Shown: positions 1 to 10,827, numbered from the stretch's first letter. The stretch is 64,000 bases of DNA from an uncultured Nitrospinota bacterium (GCA_963707985.1 CAVPRW010000014.1:128001-192000), one strand, 5' to 3'. Notes: generated by a model from the letters alone, not told the origin. Translations and numbers: made by a program.

Positions 1-413
1 GGTCCACTGTGGCCGAAGGGGGTGATCGACGTCCAGATAAGCCGCGGATGGTGCGCGCTCACCTGCTGAAAGCCGATGGCACGCTGGTCCATGAAGCCCG
101 GCGGAAACGACTCTATCACGAAATCGGCGCTGGCGGCCAATCCCAGCCACAGGGCCTGCCCATCGGCGCTGTCGAGATTCAGCGTGATGCCGCGCTTGTT
201 GGTATGTGCGGCAAACCAGGGAAGGCTGCGTTCGGGGTGCGGGGCATCGCGAAAGAATGGTCCAAGGCGGCGATCGGCATCACCTCCAGGCGGCTCGATC
301 TTGATGACATCGGCACCGAGGTCGGCCAGGAGCTTGCCGCAGGTCCAACCGATGGGGTGGGTCAAATCCAAGACCCGATAGGGTTGAAGGGCTTGCACTG
401 ATGGGGATTTCAT
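1..413 (-). CDS. Class III CoA transferase (CaiB/BaiF family), 5' part; runs off the window edge
   Basis: Not in the ORF track. Manual translation from the ATG at 413 gives MKSPSVQALQPYRVLDLTHPIGWTCGKLLADLGADVIKIEPPGGD...NKRGITLNL, the typical CaiB/BaiF N-terminal motifs. Confidence 0.9.
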   Translation of the reverse strand, partial: MKSPSVQALQPYRVLDLTHPIGWTCGKLLADLGADVIKIEPPGGDADRRLGPFFRDAPHPERSLPWFAAHTNKRGITLNLDSADGQALWLGLAASADFVIESFPPGFMDQRAIGFQQVSAHHPRLIWTSITPFGHSG

Positions 414-420
414 GCCGCGC

Positions 421-429
421 ATTATAACA
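421..429 (-). promoter_or_regulatory. Extended -10 element (TGTTATAAT), possibly driving a leaderless CoA-transferase mRNA
   Basis: Reverse complement of 421-429 is TGTTATAAT, ending 7 nt before the ATG; no Shine-Dalgarno in between. Confidence 0.5.
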
Positions 430-813
430 TAGGATCGCCTCGCCCTCGACAGGCTGCGGTAGGCCAGGTCTTGATGATCGCTTTGCGGGGCTGTCGGCGA
501 GCCGACCCCCTCTCCCACTGGGAAAGGGAGGCCGTGGCATGATTAGGCCTACAGCCAGCCTTCCTCATGCTGGGGAAGCGCCTATCGAGTCAAACCAATC
601 AAAATGAGAGTTGGTGTCTCAAAATGAGTGTCCCCGACGCGCCAAGGATCCCTTGCGCTCGGCTCAACCTCTGCTCAGAGCACCATCACACGTCTCTCAG
701 AATGAGAGCTGTGCAGACGTTAGACATGCATATTGAACGTTCGCTTTCCGCCTTTGCCCGACGCCAGGATAACTATGGGGCTAGCGTTGAGCCGTCTCGC
801 TAGGTGTTCCTGG

Positions 814-2953
814 TTAGTTCGCCTCCTCTGGCTTCCTTTGTGTGCGCATGACGGCCATTGAGCGGCCTTGCAGGTCATACGGTTGCCCCTCCAGCCATGG
901 CCGCGGCTTGCCCTGGGGGTCTGCAGTATCGAGGTAGCACTCCCACTGTTGCGCCTCTTTCAGGGGCGGCAGGGTAAAGGGAATGGCTTCATGGTGGGCA
1001 TTCATCAGCAGCAAGACGGTATCTCCCACCACCGGTTCGCCTCTTTCATCCGTTTCCCCAATGAGATCGCCAGCCCACCGTACCCCCAAACAACGTGCAT
1101 AGCCTGTATCCCAGGCGTCCTCGGTCATCTCCTCTCCTGAGGGGTCAAACCACGAGATGTCGAGAATACCTTCGCCACGAATGGGGCGACCCTGGAAGAA
1201 TTTGCGGCGCTGAAACACCGGTTGGGTGTGCTGAATTTGTATCACGCTGCGGACAAAATCGTAAAAGGCCTGCTGTTCGTCGTCCAATTCCCAGCTTAGC
1301 CAGCTGAGCTCGTTGTCCTGACAGTAGGTGTTGTTGTTCCCCTGCTGGGTATGGCTGAGCTCGTCCCCACCCAGGAGCATGGGCACGCCCTGGGAGAGGA
1401 GCAATGTGGTGATGAGATTGCGCTTCTGTTGACCGCGCAGGGCATTGATGGCGGGATCGTCCGTTGGTCCCTCGGCCCCACAGTTCCAGCTGTTGTTATC
1501 GTTGGCGCCATCCTGGTTGTTTTCGCCATTGGCCTCGTTATGTTTCTCGTTGTAACTCACGAGATCGTGGAGCGTGAAGCCATCATGGCAGGTGATAAAG
1601 TTGATGCTGGCCGAGGGCTTCCGCCCGTCGCTCTGATACAGATCGCTGCTGCCACTGAGACGGGTGGCAAACTCCGAGAGCACTCCGCCATCGCCCTTCC
1701 AGAAGCGCCGCACGGTGTCGCGGTACTTGCCATTCCATTCGCTCCATAAGACGGGGAAATTGCCGACCTGATAGCCGCCCTCCCCGACGTCCCACGGCTC
1801 GGCGATGAGCTTGACCTGAGATAGGACCGGGTCCTGATGGATAATATCGAAAAAGGCGCCCAGCCGATCGACCTCGAAGAGCTCCCGGGCCAGCGTACTC
1901 GCCAGATCGAACCGAAAACCATCGACATGCATCTCGGTCACCCAGTAGCGCAGGCTGTCCATGATCAGCTGCAGCATACGCGGATGCTGCACGTTGGGGG
2001 AGTTGCCGCAGCCGGTAAAATCCATATAGTAGCGCGGATCCTCCGGCGACAGCCGATAGTAGGCGGCGTTATCTACGCCGCGCATCGACAGGGTGGGACC
2101 GAGTTCGGTTACCCTCGGCGGTGTGGTTATAGACGACGTCAAGAATCACTTCAATGCCACTGGCGTGCAGAGCTGCGACCATCATCTTAAACTGCTGCAC
2201 CGCGTCCTGGGGGATATGCACGGAGGCATAGCCACTGTGAGGAGCAAAAAATCCGAGGGTATTATAGCCCCAATAATTGCTCAGCCCCCGATCGAGGAGG
2301 TGCCGATCGTGGAGAAAGTAGTGCACCGGGAGGAGCTCGACGGCCGTGATCCCTAGGTTAGTCAGATGGCGGATGGCGGCTTCCGAAGCGAGCCCGGCAA
2401 ACGTGCCACGCAGCGGCTCCGGCACCTCCGGATGCAATGTGGTGAAGCCTTTCACGTGTATCTCGTAGATGAGAGTTTTATGCCATGGGGTGCGCGGTGG
2501 GCGGTCATCCCCCCAGGTAAAGGCCGTATCGATGACCACTGCCAGAGGTGCATAGGCGGCGCTCTCCCGGTCGTCGAAGGATACGTCCGCCTCCGGGTCC
2601 CCGATCCGGTAGCCGAAGAGCTCATCGGCCCAGCGCACATCGCGCCCTATGGACTTGGCGTAGGGGTCGAGAAGCACCTTATGCGGATTAAAACGGAGGC
2701 CTTGCTGGGGCTCATAAGGGCCATGGACGCGATAGCCATAGAGTTGGCCTGGGAGGACCTCTGGCAAATAGGCATGCCAGACTTGATCGGTGAACTCGGG
2801 CAAGGGAATACGCTGCACTTCCTTCTCTGCATCGACGGAATCAAATAAACACAACTCTACCCGGCTGGCATGTTCGGAGAATAGCGCAAAATTCACGCCC
2901 TTCCCGTCCCAGGTGGCGCCGAGCGGATATGGATTGCCTGGCCACACGCGCAT
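814..2953 (-). CDS. glgX: Glycogen debranching enzyme GlgX (GH13), split by a 1-nt insertion near 2107
   Basis: N-terminal [27 protein letters not shown] and [10 protein letters not shown] in ORF 2069..2953; [14 protein letters not shown] and [11 protein letters not shown] in ORF 814..2142. Removing one C restores AEGN-ELGPTLS. Confidence 0.93.
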
Positions 2954-3195
2954 CGCTCACTCTCCCGTCTATATCGTTAGAATCAGATGTTGAGCATATG
3001 GCGCCTTCCACATGCAAGAGTATAGGCACAGCAAAATATATACCGGAGCTGATATTGCTGGCGCAACAGGCCTACCCGCTGCGCAGCAGGACTTATGAAC
3101 CGAGGGGCATGCAAAAGAGGCTTTGAGAAACGGTAATTTCCGCGTACAATACAGACATAGACTTTGACGGAACATATCTGTGAGGAGACGCAGCC

Positions 3196-4704
3196 GTGCC
3201 CCCGAACATCAGCTTTGCTACCGAAGACGCCAGCAGTCAGGGGGTCGGAAGGCTCCGGCAGCCAGGAGCCATCCTGCTAATCGCTTGTTATGAGCTGGGC
3301 CATCAGCCCCTGGGGATTGCCTCGCCGCTGGGAAGCCTCGAACACGCGGGTTATGCCCCTGCCGCCATCGATATCGCCGTCGAGCGTTTGAACACGGCGA
3401 AGGTAGCGCGGGCTCGCTTCATCGGCATCGCCGTCCCGATGCACACCGCGCTGCGCCTGGGTGTGCGGCTGGTCGAGCGCATTCGGGCGTTGAACCCCGC
3501 CTGCCACATTTGCTGTTATGGATTGTATGCCACGCTCAACGCCGACTATTTGCTCGCGCATGGGGTGGATTCCGTTATCGGCGGGGAGTACGAAGCGCCG
3601 CTGGTAGCGCTTATCGAGTCCCTCGACGCCGGGCTTGACGGGGCGGTCAGCGGTGTCAACCAGCTAGGCCGCGTCGCTGGCCCGTTCCTGAAGCGGGTTG
3701 ATTTTCCCGTGCCCAGCCGCACTGCTCTGCCGCCGCTGGAGATCTATGCACATCTGGAGCGCGACGGCATACGTAACCGTGTGGGGTACGTCGAGGCCAG
3801 CCGTGGCTGTAAGCACCATTGCCTGCACTGCCCCATTCCACCAGTCTATGGTGGCCGGTTTTTCGCCGTGCCGCAGGAGGTCGTCCTGGAAGATATTCGG
3901 CGTCTGGTGCAAGCGGGTGCCGAGCACATCACCTTCGGCGATCCCGACTTCCTGAACGGACCAACCCATGCCCTTCGGGTCACGCGAGCGCTGCACGCCG
4001 AGTTCCCGGCGCTGACCTTCGACTTTACCACCAAAGTCGAACATATTCTCAAGCACCCCGACCTATTTCCCGAATTTGCACGGTTGGGTTGCGTGTTTGC
4101 CGTATCGGCTGTCGAATCACTGAGCGACACCGTCCTTGCCAATCTCGACAAGGGCCATACCCGGGCCGACGTGTTCGAGGCCCTGGCCATCATGCGCCAG
4201 GCCGGTATCGCCCTGCGCCCGTCGTTGGTGTCGTTCACACCATGGACGAGCCTCGATGATTACATCGATGTCTTCGATGTGGTGGAGTGCGAGGGCCTCA
4301 TCGACCACGTCGATCCGGTGCAATACGCTGTGCGGTTGCTGATCCCACCGGGATCCCTGCTGCTGCAGCGGCCGGCAGTACAACCATTTCTGAGGGGGCT
4401 GGACCAGGCTGCCTTTAGCTATCGCTGGAGCCACCCCGATCCGCGCATGGATGAGCTGCATCGCGCTGCGACTTCGCTGGTGGAAAAGGCAGCCAAAACC
4501 GATGCAGACCCAGCGCTGACGTTCGAGCAACTCCGTGCCCTGGCCGTAGCTGCCCGTGACGGTCGGGAACCGGCAGCCGTGACCAGCCACTTGCCGCTCA
4601 CCAGGAGGAGATCCCCACGGCTCACTGAGCCGTGGTTTTGCTGAGCAGAGCCAACCGAGGATCAGTTTGGTCCTCTCAACGCGTCGACACCTGTCGGCAT
4701 CTAA
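3196..4704 (+). CDS. CUAEP-tail radical SAM selenoprotein (B12-binding-like N-terminal domain + radical SAM core); TGA 4642-4644 read as Sec
   Basis: CxxxCxxC motif (RGCKHHCLHC). The C-terminus PRLTEPWFC-TGA-AEPTEDQFGPLNASTPVGI-TAA matches the CUAEP/CCAEP-tail family, and a hairpin lies directly downstream of the TGA. Confidence 0.88.
4657..4675 (+). promoter_or_regulatory. Putative bacterial SECIS element
   Basis: GAGGAUCA-GUU-UGGUCCUC forms an 8-bp stem (one U-G pair) with a G-initiated apical loop starting 21 nt after the UGA. Confidence 0.75.
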
Positions 4705-4769
4705 CGGAGATCAGCCTGCCATCGTGCTGCGCTGCATCCATAGATACACCTATCCTAGGGGAGATCATC

Positions 4770-5051
4770 ATGGACGAAGAAATCCGCGGCAAAGTTCAAA
4801 CCCTGATCGAAAATGCCATTAATCCAGCCATCGCCGGCCATGGGGGATTCGTCGATCTCCTGGATGTGAAAGATAACGTGGTCTACCTCTCGATGGGAGG
4901 CGGTTGCCAGGGCTGTGGCATGGCGGATGTGACCTTGCGGCACGGCATCGAGGCCTTGTTGCGGGACGAGATTCCCGAGATCGCCGAAGTGGTCGATGCC
5001 ACCGACCACGACTCCGGTGACAATCCCTATTACACACCCGCGAAGGGGTAA
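4770..5051 (+). CDS. NifU/NfuA C-terminal-domain Fe-S carrier protein
   Basis: INPAIAGHGGFVDLLDV...MGGGCQGCGMADVTLRHGIE...VVDATDH, with the NifU-C CxxC motif; RBS GGGGAG before the ATG at 4770. Confidence 0.88.
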   Translation: MDEEIRGKVQTLIENAINPAIAGHGGFVDLLDVKDNVVYLSMGGGCQGCGMADVTLRHGIEALLRDEIPEIAEVVDATDHDSGDNPYYTPAKG

Positions 5052-5103
5052 TGAAGGGACTCGTACAAGGGTGTGTGCTTGACGCATGGATGGAGACTGG
5101 GCA

Positions 5104-5814
5104 ATGAATGACACGAGTCAGGGCGACCAGCTACAAGCCCTTCTCGGCCTGCAATGGCCGCCGATTGCTGTCGGATTTCAAGCCAGTGTCCCTGCTGACC
5201 TCCACGGGGTGGAAGCCGCCGGCCCGTCGGGCTGTACGTACTGGAAGCTGGCGGCAGAGGGGAAGATTTTCTACACCGAAGCCGCTGATCACTACAATTG
5301 TCCGATCGGCTCGTTTACCCACGGCATCGATCTCCCGCCAGCCAAGGCGCAGGAGTTGGAGGGACTGGTGGGAACGATGATCGGCCTCGAATATATCCGC
5401 CAGGAGGAGATTCCCACCATTCCTCGGCGCGATGCACCGTTTGGGGTCGCCCTTTACGCCCCGCTCTCCGAGGCCCCATTCGACGCCGATGTGGTGCTCG
5501 TGCGCGGCAATGCCAAGCAGATGATGCTCATCGCCGAAGCGGCTGGCGCCGCAGGGCTCAGCGGTGGTAGCGCGCTCATGGGGCGCCCGACCTGTGCCAT
5601 GATCCCAGCGACGATGCAGGGTGGATACGTGACCACCAGCCTGGGCTGCATTGGCAATCGCGTCTACACGGGGCTGGGGGATGATGAGTTTTATGCCGCC
5701 ATCCCCGGAGCGAAGCTGGCTCTGCTGCTGGACAAGTTGGCGACCATCGTGACGGCCAATCGTGAGCTTGAAAGCTTCCACCGTATGCGGATGAGCGGCA
5801 ACTCGCCCGCCTGA
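5104..5814 (+). CDS. DUF169-domain protein
   Basis: Conserved Cys pattern (SGC, HYNCPIG, GRPTC, SLGCIGNR) and length typical of DUF169; RBS GGAG upstream. Confidence 0.7.
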   Translation: MNDTSQGDQLQALLGLQWPPIAVGFQASVPADLHGVEAAGPSGCTYWKLAAEGKIFYTEAADHYNCPIGSFTHGIDLPPAKAQELEGLVGTMIGLEYIRQEEIPTIPRRDAPFGVALYAPLSEAPFDADVVLVRGNAKQMMLIAEAAGAAGLSGGSALMGRPTCAMIPATMQGGYVTTSLGCIGNRVYTGLGDDEFYAAIPGAKLALLLDKLATIVTANRELESFHRMRMSGNSPA

Positions 5815-5914
5815 TGGTCCTTCGCCATTGGACATGTACCGCGACTCAGTAGCCTATGACCTGCTGAACTGCACAAGGAGCGCAACAGATCGCAGACTAT
5901 CCGGAGGAATAGCG

Positions 5915-7622
5915 GTGACACGCAGAGTTGCGAGCTATGTTAGCGGCACCAGCGATATCCCGCTGCTCGGGTGCACGATTGGCGAGATGTTCGATGAGAT
6001 CGTGGCCCTGCACCCCAATCAGGAAGCGCTGGTCGTCCGCCACCAGGGGTTGCGTTATACCTATCGCCAGCTTCGGGCGGAGGTCGATCGCTGTGCCCGA
6101 GGGCTGATGGCGCTCGGGCTGGAGAAGGGCGAACGCATCGGCATCTGGTCGCCCAACCGAGCCGAGTGGACGATCACCCAGTTCGCCACCAGCAAGATCG
6201 GGGCTATCCTGGTGAACATCAATCCCAGCTATCGGGTGCATGAGCTGGAGTACGCCCTGCAGCAGTCAGGCTGTGCCATGCTGGTGCTGGCGCCACACTT
6301 CAGGACGTCCAATTATACCGACTATGCTCTATACGCTGGTGCCCGAGCTGAGAGACGGCCGGCCTGATCAGCTCAAAGCGGGGAGGTTCCCGGATCTGCG
6401 GACGGTGATCAGATTGGGCGACGAGCCTGTGGCCGGCATGTACACTTGGGGCGATGTGGCGTCGCTCGCGGCACACGTCAGCGACGCCGCCCTCGCTGAG
6501 CGCCAAGGTCAGCAGCAATTCGATGATCCGATCAACATCCAGTACACCAGCGGCACCACGGGCTATCCCAAGGGCGCCACGCTCAGCCACCACGGCATCC
6601 TGAATAATGCCTACTCCGTCGCCCATGTGTTGCGGTTGACCCACCAGGATCGCCTGATCATCCCAGTGCCGCTCTATCACTGCTTCGGCATGGTCATGGG
6701 GAACCTGGCGTGCATGACGCATGGCGCCACAATGATCTATCCCAGCGAGGGCTTTGATGCCAAGGCGGTGCTGGAAGCCGTGCAAGCCGAGCGGGCAACA
6801 GCCCTTTACGGTGTGCCGACGATGTTCATCGCCGAGCTGGAGCACCCCGACTTTGCCAGGTATGATCTGAGCAGCCTGCGTACTGGCATCATGGCAGGCT
6901 CACCGTGCCCCATCGAGGTGATGAAGAAGGTCAACACGCTGATGCACATGCACGAGGTGGAGATCTGTTACGGCATGACCGAGGTCAGCCCGGTGAGCAC
7001 GCAGACGCGCGCCGATGCGCCGTTCGAGAAGCGCGTCGGCACCGTCGGCCAGGTGCATCCGCATCTCGAGATCAAGATCATCGATCCGGCCACCGGCCAG
7101 ATCGTCCCGATTGGCACACCAGGCGAGCTCTGCTCCCGCGGGTACAGCGTCATGCTCGGTTATTGGCATAATGAGGAGGCCACACGTAAGGCGATCGATG
7201 CCGCTCGCTGGATGCATAGCGGAGACCTGGCAGTGCTGGACGAGGAGGGCTACATCAACATCGTGGGGCGCATCAAGGACATGATCATCCGTGGCGGCGA
7301 GAACGTCTACCCGCGCGAAATCGAGGAGTTTTTATATACCCATCCGAAGATCAGCGATGTGCAAGTGATCGGCGTGCCCGATGCAAAGTACGGCGAGGAG
7401 ATCATGGCCTGGGTGCGACTGCGCGAGGGGGAGGAGGCCAGCACCGAAGAGCTACGCGACTATTGTCGCGACAAAATCGCCCATTACAAAATCCCGCGCT
7501 ATATCAAGTTCGTCGAGGTTTTTCCCACCACAGTCACCGGTAAAGTCCAGAAGTTCATTATGCGCGAACAGAGCATCAAGGAGCTGAAGCTGGAGACCGC
7601 GGCCGCGATCACCACGGCGTGA
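5915..7622 (+). CDS. AMP-binding acyl-CoA synthetase, 1-nt insertion near 6323
   Basis: [22 protein letters not shown] and [20 protein letters not shown] motifs; GTG start after GGAGG; two overlapping ORFs join by removing one T. Confidence 0.9.
7575..7622 (+). repeat. Direct repeat copy 1: last 16 codons of the acyl-CoA synthetase
   Basis: 41/48 nt identical to 10661-10708. Confidence 0.8.
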
Positions 7623-7659
7623 GGGATTGCATGCTCTATGCTGCTCTAGAGGTAAGGCC

Positions 7660-7887
7660 ATGGCAGAGAAGAATCAGTTAGACAAAATCCTGCTCTCGGC
7701 TAAAGATCTCGCGGAAATGGGGGAGGAAGGGGAGTTTTGTGAGTTGGTCGACGGAGAGCTGGTGAGGATGAGCCCAAGCTTCTTGCCTGAAGCGCGTGTC
7801 GTGCGCACGGTCCAGCGCCTACTGGATAATTTTGTGTTTCCTCGCCACTTAGGAGAGATCTTCGGACCAGGTGTGCTTAGGAACTGA
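7660..7887 (+). pseudogene. Uma2-family (PD-(D/E)xK) endonuclease, truncated 5' fragment
   Basis: LSAKDLAEM...CELVDGELVRMSP...LGEIFGP is the typical Uma2 N-terminus; the ORF stops before the catalytic PD motif. Confidence 0.7.
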
Positions 7888-8008
7888 AGCCGAGGCTCCG
7901 TTAACCGCAACGCGGGTTTAATCAAGAATTGCGGCAATCACCGCCAGACGCGCTCGACACTCTGGCGGTCGATGGCCACCAGGATTTGACTTTTGCTGAG
8001 GAGCCGCT

Positions 8009-8933
8009 TTATTGCAGCAGCAAACCCTTCATAGCCCTTGGCCGCCACCTCCGCACACTTTGCCCGATAGGCTGGGGCGGTGTTGGCATAGAGCAGGAAG
8101 GCGCGTTTCTTGCCAGGAATATTCGCCCCCACAAACCAGGAGTTGGCATCGCTCAAGAGCGTGCCAGCGGCCAACTCGTTGGCGTGCTCCACCCAGGCCT
8201 CTTCCGCCTGCGGGGTGGGGGCAATACGCGCAAAGTTCTTCTCGCGCATATAGCGGATGCAATCGGTAATCCATTCCACAATCATCTCGGCGCAGACGGT
8301 GTAGTTGCAGAACGCGGTGCTCATGGCAATGAAGAGATTCGGGAAGCCCGCGGTCTGCAGCCCCAGGTAGGTGCGCGGCCCATCGGCCCATTTGTCCTTG
8401 AGCGTCTGCCCGCCTTCGCCGCGAATATCGATCCGGGTCAACGCCCCGGTCACCGCGTCAAACCCCGTGGCATAGATGATGACGTCAAATTCGTACTCCT
8501 TCTCACTCGTCTTGATGCCTTTCGGCGTGATGCGCTCGATCGGGGTCTCGCGGACGTCAACCAGCAAGACGTTGTCGCGATTGTACGCCTCGTAATACTC
8601 GGTCTCCAAGGGGATGCGCTTGGAGCCGAACGGATGGTCCTTGGGCACGAGCTTTTCCGCCACCACCGGATCCTTGACGCGCGCACGGATCTTGTTGCGC
8701 ACGAACTCGGCGAAGTCCTCGTTGGCCTCCCGGTTGGTCATAATGTCGTGGAAATTGCCCAACCATTTCTTGAACCCGGGTTGCGCCCACAACTCTTCAT
8801 ACAGCGCCAGCCGCTCTTCCTTCGGGACCTCCAGGGTCTTGCGCGGGTCGAAGTCGTGCATAAAGCCGGCCGGGGTTTCGCGACACTTTTTGTGAATTTC
8901 TGGGTAGCTGGCCTTGAACTGGCGCTGGGTCTC
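8009..8933 (-). pseudogene. Baeyer-Villiger monooxygenase (CHMO/PAMO-like), 3' half only; 5' half lost at an IS end
   Basis: HPFGSKRIP, DVIIYATGFDA, GFPNLF and SWFVGANIPGK motifs; similarity ends exactly at the IS inverted repeat at 8934. Confidence 0.85.
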
Positions 8934-9366
8934 GAGAGCATCAAAAACCTGGGGGTAACTCATCCGTCCGGGGTAGAATGCGCCCCTCAATCGGTATGCC
9001 CTAGATGGGAGGACCTCTCATGAAGATCAAGGTGCTGCTTGTCGTGTGTGCAGAGGATGGTCGTGCAGAGCAGGTTCAAGAGATCGCGATGGTGGAGAAG
9101 CCGCACCAGCGGAGCGAGCCTCTGGGCTTCATGTTGGCCGAAGCGAAGTCCGTCCTCAAGACGCTCCACCAACAGCTGATGGAACAGCAGGCGACGGCCT
9201 TTGTGGCGGCCCATGCCCAGGGTGACCACTGTGGGAAATCTCTCGGGATCCAAGGGTATCACACGCGTAGCTTCCACACGCTCTTTAGCACGGTGACGCT
9301 CACCAGTCCGCGGCTGTATCATTGTCGCAGACAGCGTCGCAAGACCCCCAGCTTTTTGATGCTCCC
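8934..9366 (+). mobile_element. Internally deleted ISKra4-like element with intact 22-bp terminal inverted repeats
   Basis: IRL GAGAGCATCAAAAACCTGGGGG (8934-8955) versus reverse complement of 9345-9366 GGGAGCATCAAAAAGCTGGGGG. The internal ORF from ATG 9020 (LGFMLAEAKSVL...TLFSTVTLTSPRLYHC) resembles an ISKra4 transposase N-terminus. Confidence 0.75.
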
Positions 9367-9429
9367 GAGAGAGACGATACCACAACGAGCGACAAATGAA
9401 CATTTGCGACACCACCAGCCGGAGGGCCG

Positions 9430-10269
9430 CTACCTCCTGGCTGGCCCTTGCAGCATCGGCCAGAGCGTGTGGGCGGTCTCGCCCATGATCCAGCGGCGGT
9501 CGTCGTCGGAGAGCCAGGACAGGGCCGTCTGGCCGAGCTGCACCTGGCCGATGTACCCGCCGGCACGGGACGAGGGGAAGTTGGAGCCCCACATGACGCG
9601 CCGGGGCGTGAAGGCCTCAATGACGCGCCTGAAGAGCGCCTGCTCGGGCGGGGTCAGGTCGGCGTACGGGCCGAGGCTGGTGCTGGAAATCCGCACATAG
9701 GCGTTGGGCAGCTGGGCCAGGCGCTCCAGGGCGGTCGTCATACCGGCCTTGTCCTGGGCGCCACTCCAGCCCGCGAAGTGGTCCGGGGCAAAGAGGACGT
9801 GGGGGTGTCGGGCGCCCATGTGCCGCATCCGGTCGACCTTCTCCGGCTGGCCTCCGCCGCCAATAGAGATGGGGACGCCGAGGCCTTCGGCACGCTGCCA
9901 GAGCGGGTCGCAGCGGGGATCGTCGGGCTCGGCCTGACTCTGGAGGCGCACGCCCTTCATGCCGCGCTCGTGCACCCAATAGGCGAGCTGGTCCGCGGCA
10001 TCGGGCGCCGCCGGGTCCAGGATCCCCACCGCGACCGTCCGCGGGGCGTACTGCTGGGCGCTGTCGCACTGGTAGGAGTTATCGAGGCCGTAGGTGGCGT
10101 TGGGCTGCACCAACGTGGCGCATGCCACGCCGGCCCTGTCCATCTCCGCGATCAGGTCCTCGACGTCGTTGCTGACCTCCGTGGACCAGCCCCGGGCGCC
10201 GGGGTCGAGTGGGTGCTTGACTTTGTTGCTGCTGACGACGTGGGTGTGGGTGTCGATGATCATGGGCAT
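9430..10269 (-). CDS. Amidohydrolase family protein (Amidohydro_2-like)
   Basis: IIDTHTHV metal motif, DH and RVMWGSNFP motifs; RBS GAGGAG. Confidence 0.85.
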   Translation of the reverse strand: MPMIIDTHTHVVSSNKVKHPLDPGARGWSTEVSNDVEDLIAEMDRAGVACATLVQPNATYGLDNSYQCDSAQQYAPRTVAVGILDPAAPDAADQLAYWVHERGMKGVRLQSQAEPDDPRCDPLWQRAEGLGVPISIGGGGQPEKVDRMRHMGARHPHVLFAPDHFAGWSGAQDKAGMTTALERLAQLPNAYVRISSTSLGPYADLTPPEQALFRRVIEAFTPRRVMWGSNFPSSRAGGYIGQVQLGQTALSWLSDDDRRWIMGETAHTLWPMLQGPARR

Positions 10270-10660
10270 AGCTCCTCTACGGATTGCAATGAGCGGCCGA
10301 TGGTAGCCTACCACACGGCCTCAGATGATGACACCAAGGGGTGAGACCAGGGCAATCGTCAATGGCGGCACGATGCTGGTCGTACAGGTGAGGCGCCTGC
10401 GTTTGCATCTGGGCCCAAGGCCAGCGGCGTCGGTGTGTCCACTTGTGGACGATCGGCTTGCGGCAATTTTCCCATGAATGGGGCCTCCATGCTTGGTCAC
10501 GTGTGTGAACGCTTTAGGGTTCAAGAGTCATCAGGCCGAAAGCCTCCTAAAAAATAAGGAATGCACCCTCCTCAACCTCACGAGGCCTACTCTATCACAG
10601 GGCTCTCAAACTCCACTTTGGCCATTTTGAGTAGGCAGGAGGGTTAGGATATCCTTTACG

Positions 10661-10708
10661 ATAAAGGAGCTGGGGCTGGGGACCGCGGCCGCGATCACCA
10701 CCGCATAA
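10661..10708 (+). repeat. Direct repeat copy 2: orphan 3' end of the acyl-CoA synthetase ([15 protein letters not shown])
   Basis: Matches 7575-7622 ([15 protein letters not shown]), with mostly synonymous differences. Confidence 0.8.
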
Positions 10709-10827
10709 TGACGCACCCCATGCCCGTTAAGCCATGGGGAAGTCGGCGTCCTACGCCCCATGGCCTGGCGACCCCCACCTTCGTAGGTTGTAGCGGCCGC
10801 TCCAGAAGAGGCCGTCCCTGTCCTCCT

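Noticed and set aside
3014..3030. Sigma-54 promoter for glgX (TGCCTATACTCTTGCA on the minus strand)
   Set aside because: It lacks the invariant GG at -24.
4632..4769. N-terminal extension of the NifU ORF given in the ORF track
   Set aside because: It overlaps the radical SAM Sec tail and SECIS; the RBS-supported start is ATG 4770.
7929..10344. Long plus-strand ORFs 7929..9023 and 9448..10344 (and similar antisense ORFs elsewhere)
   Set aside because: They are shadow frames opposite recognisable genes in GC-rich DNA and carry no motifs.
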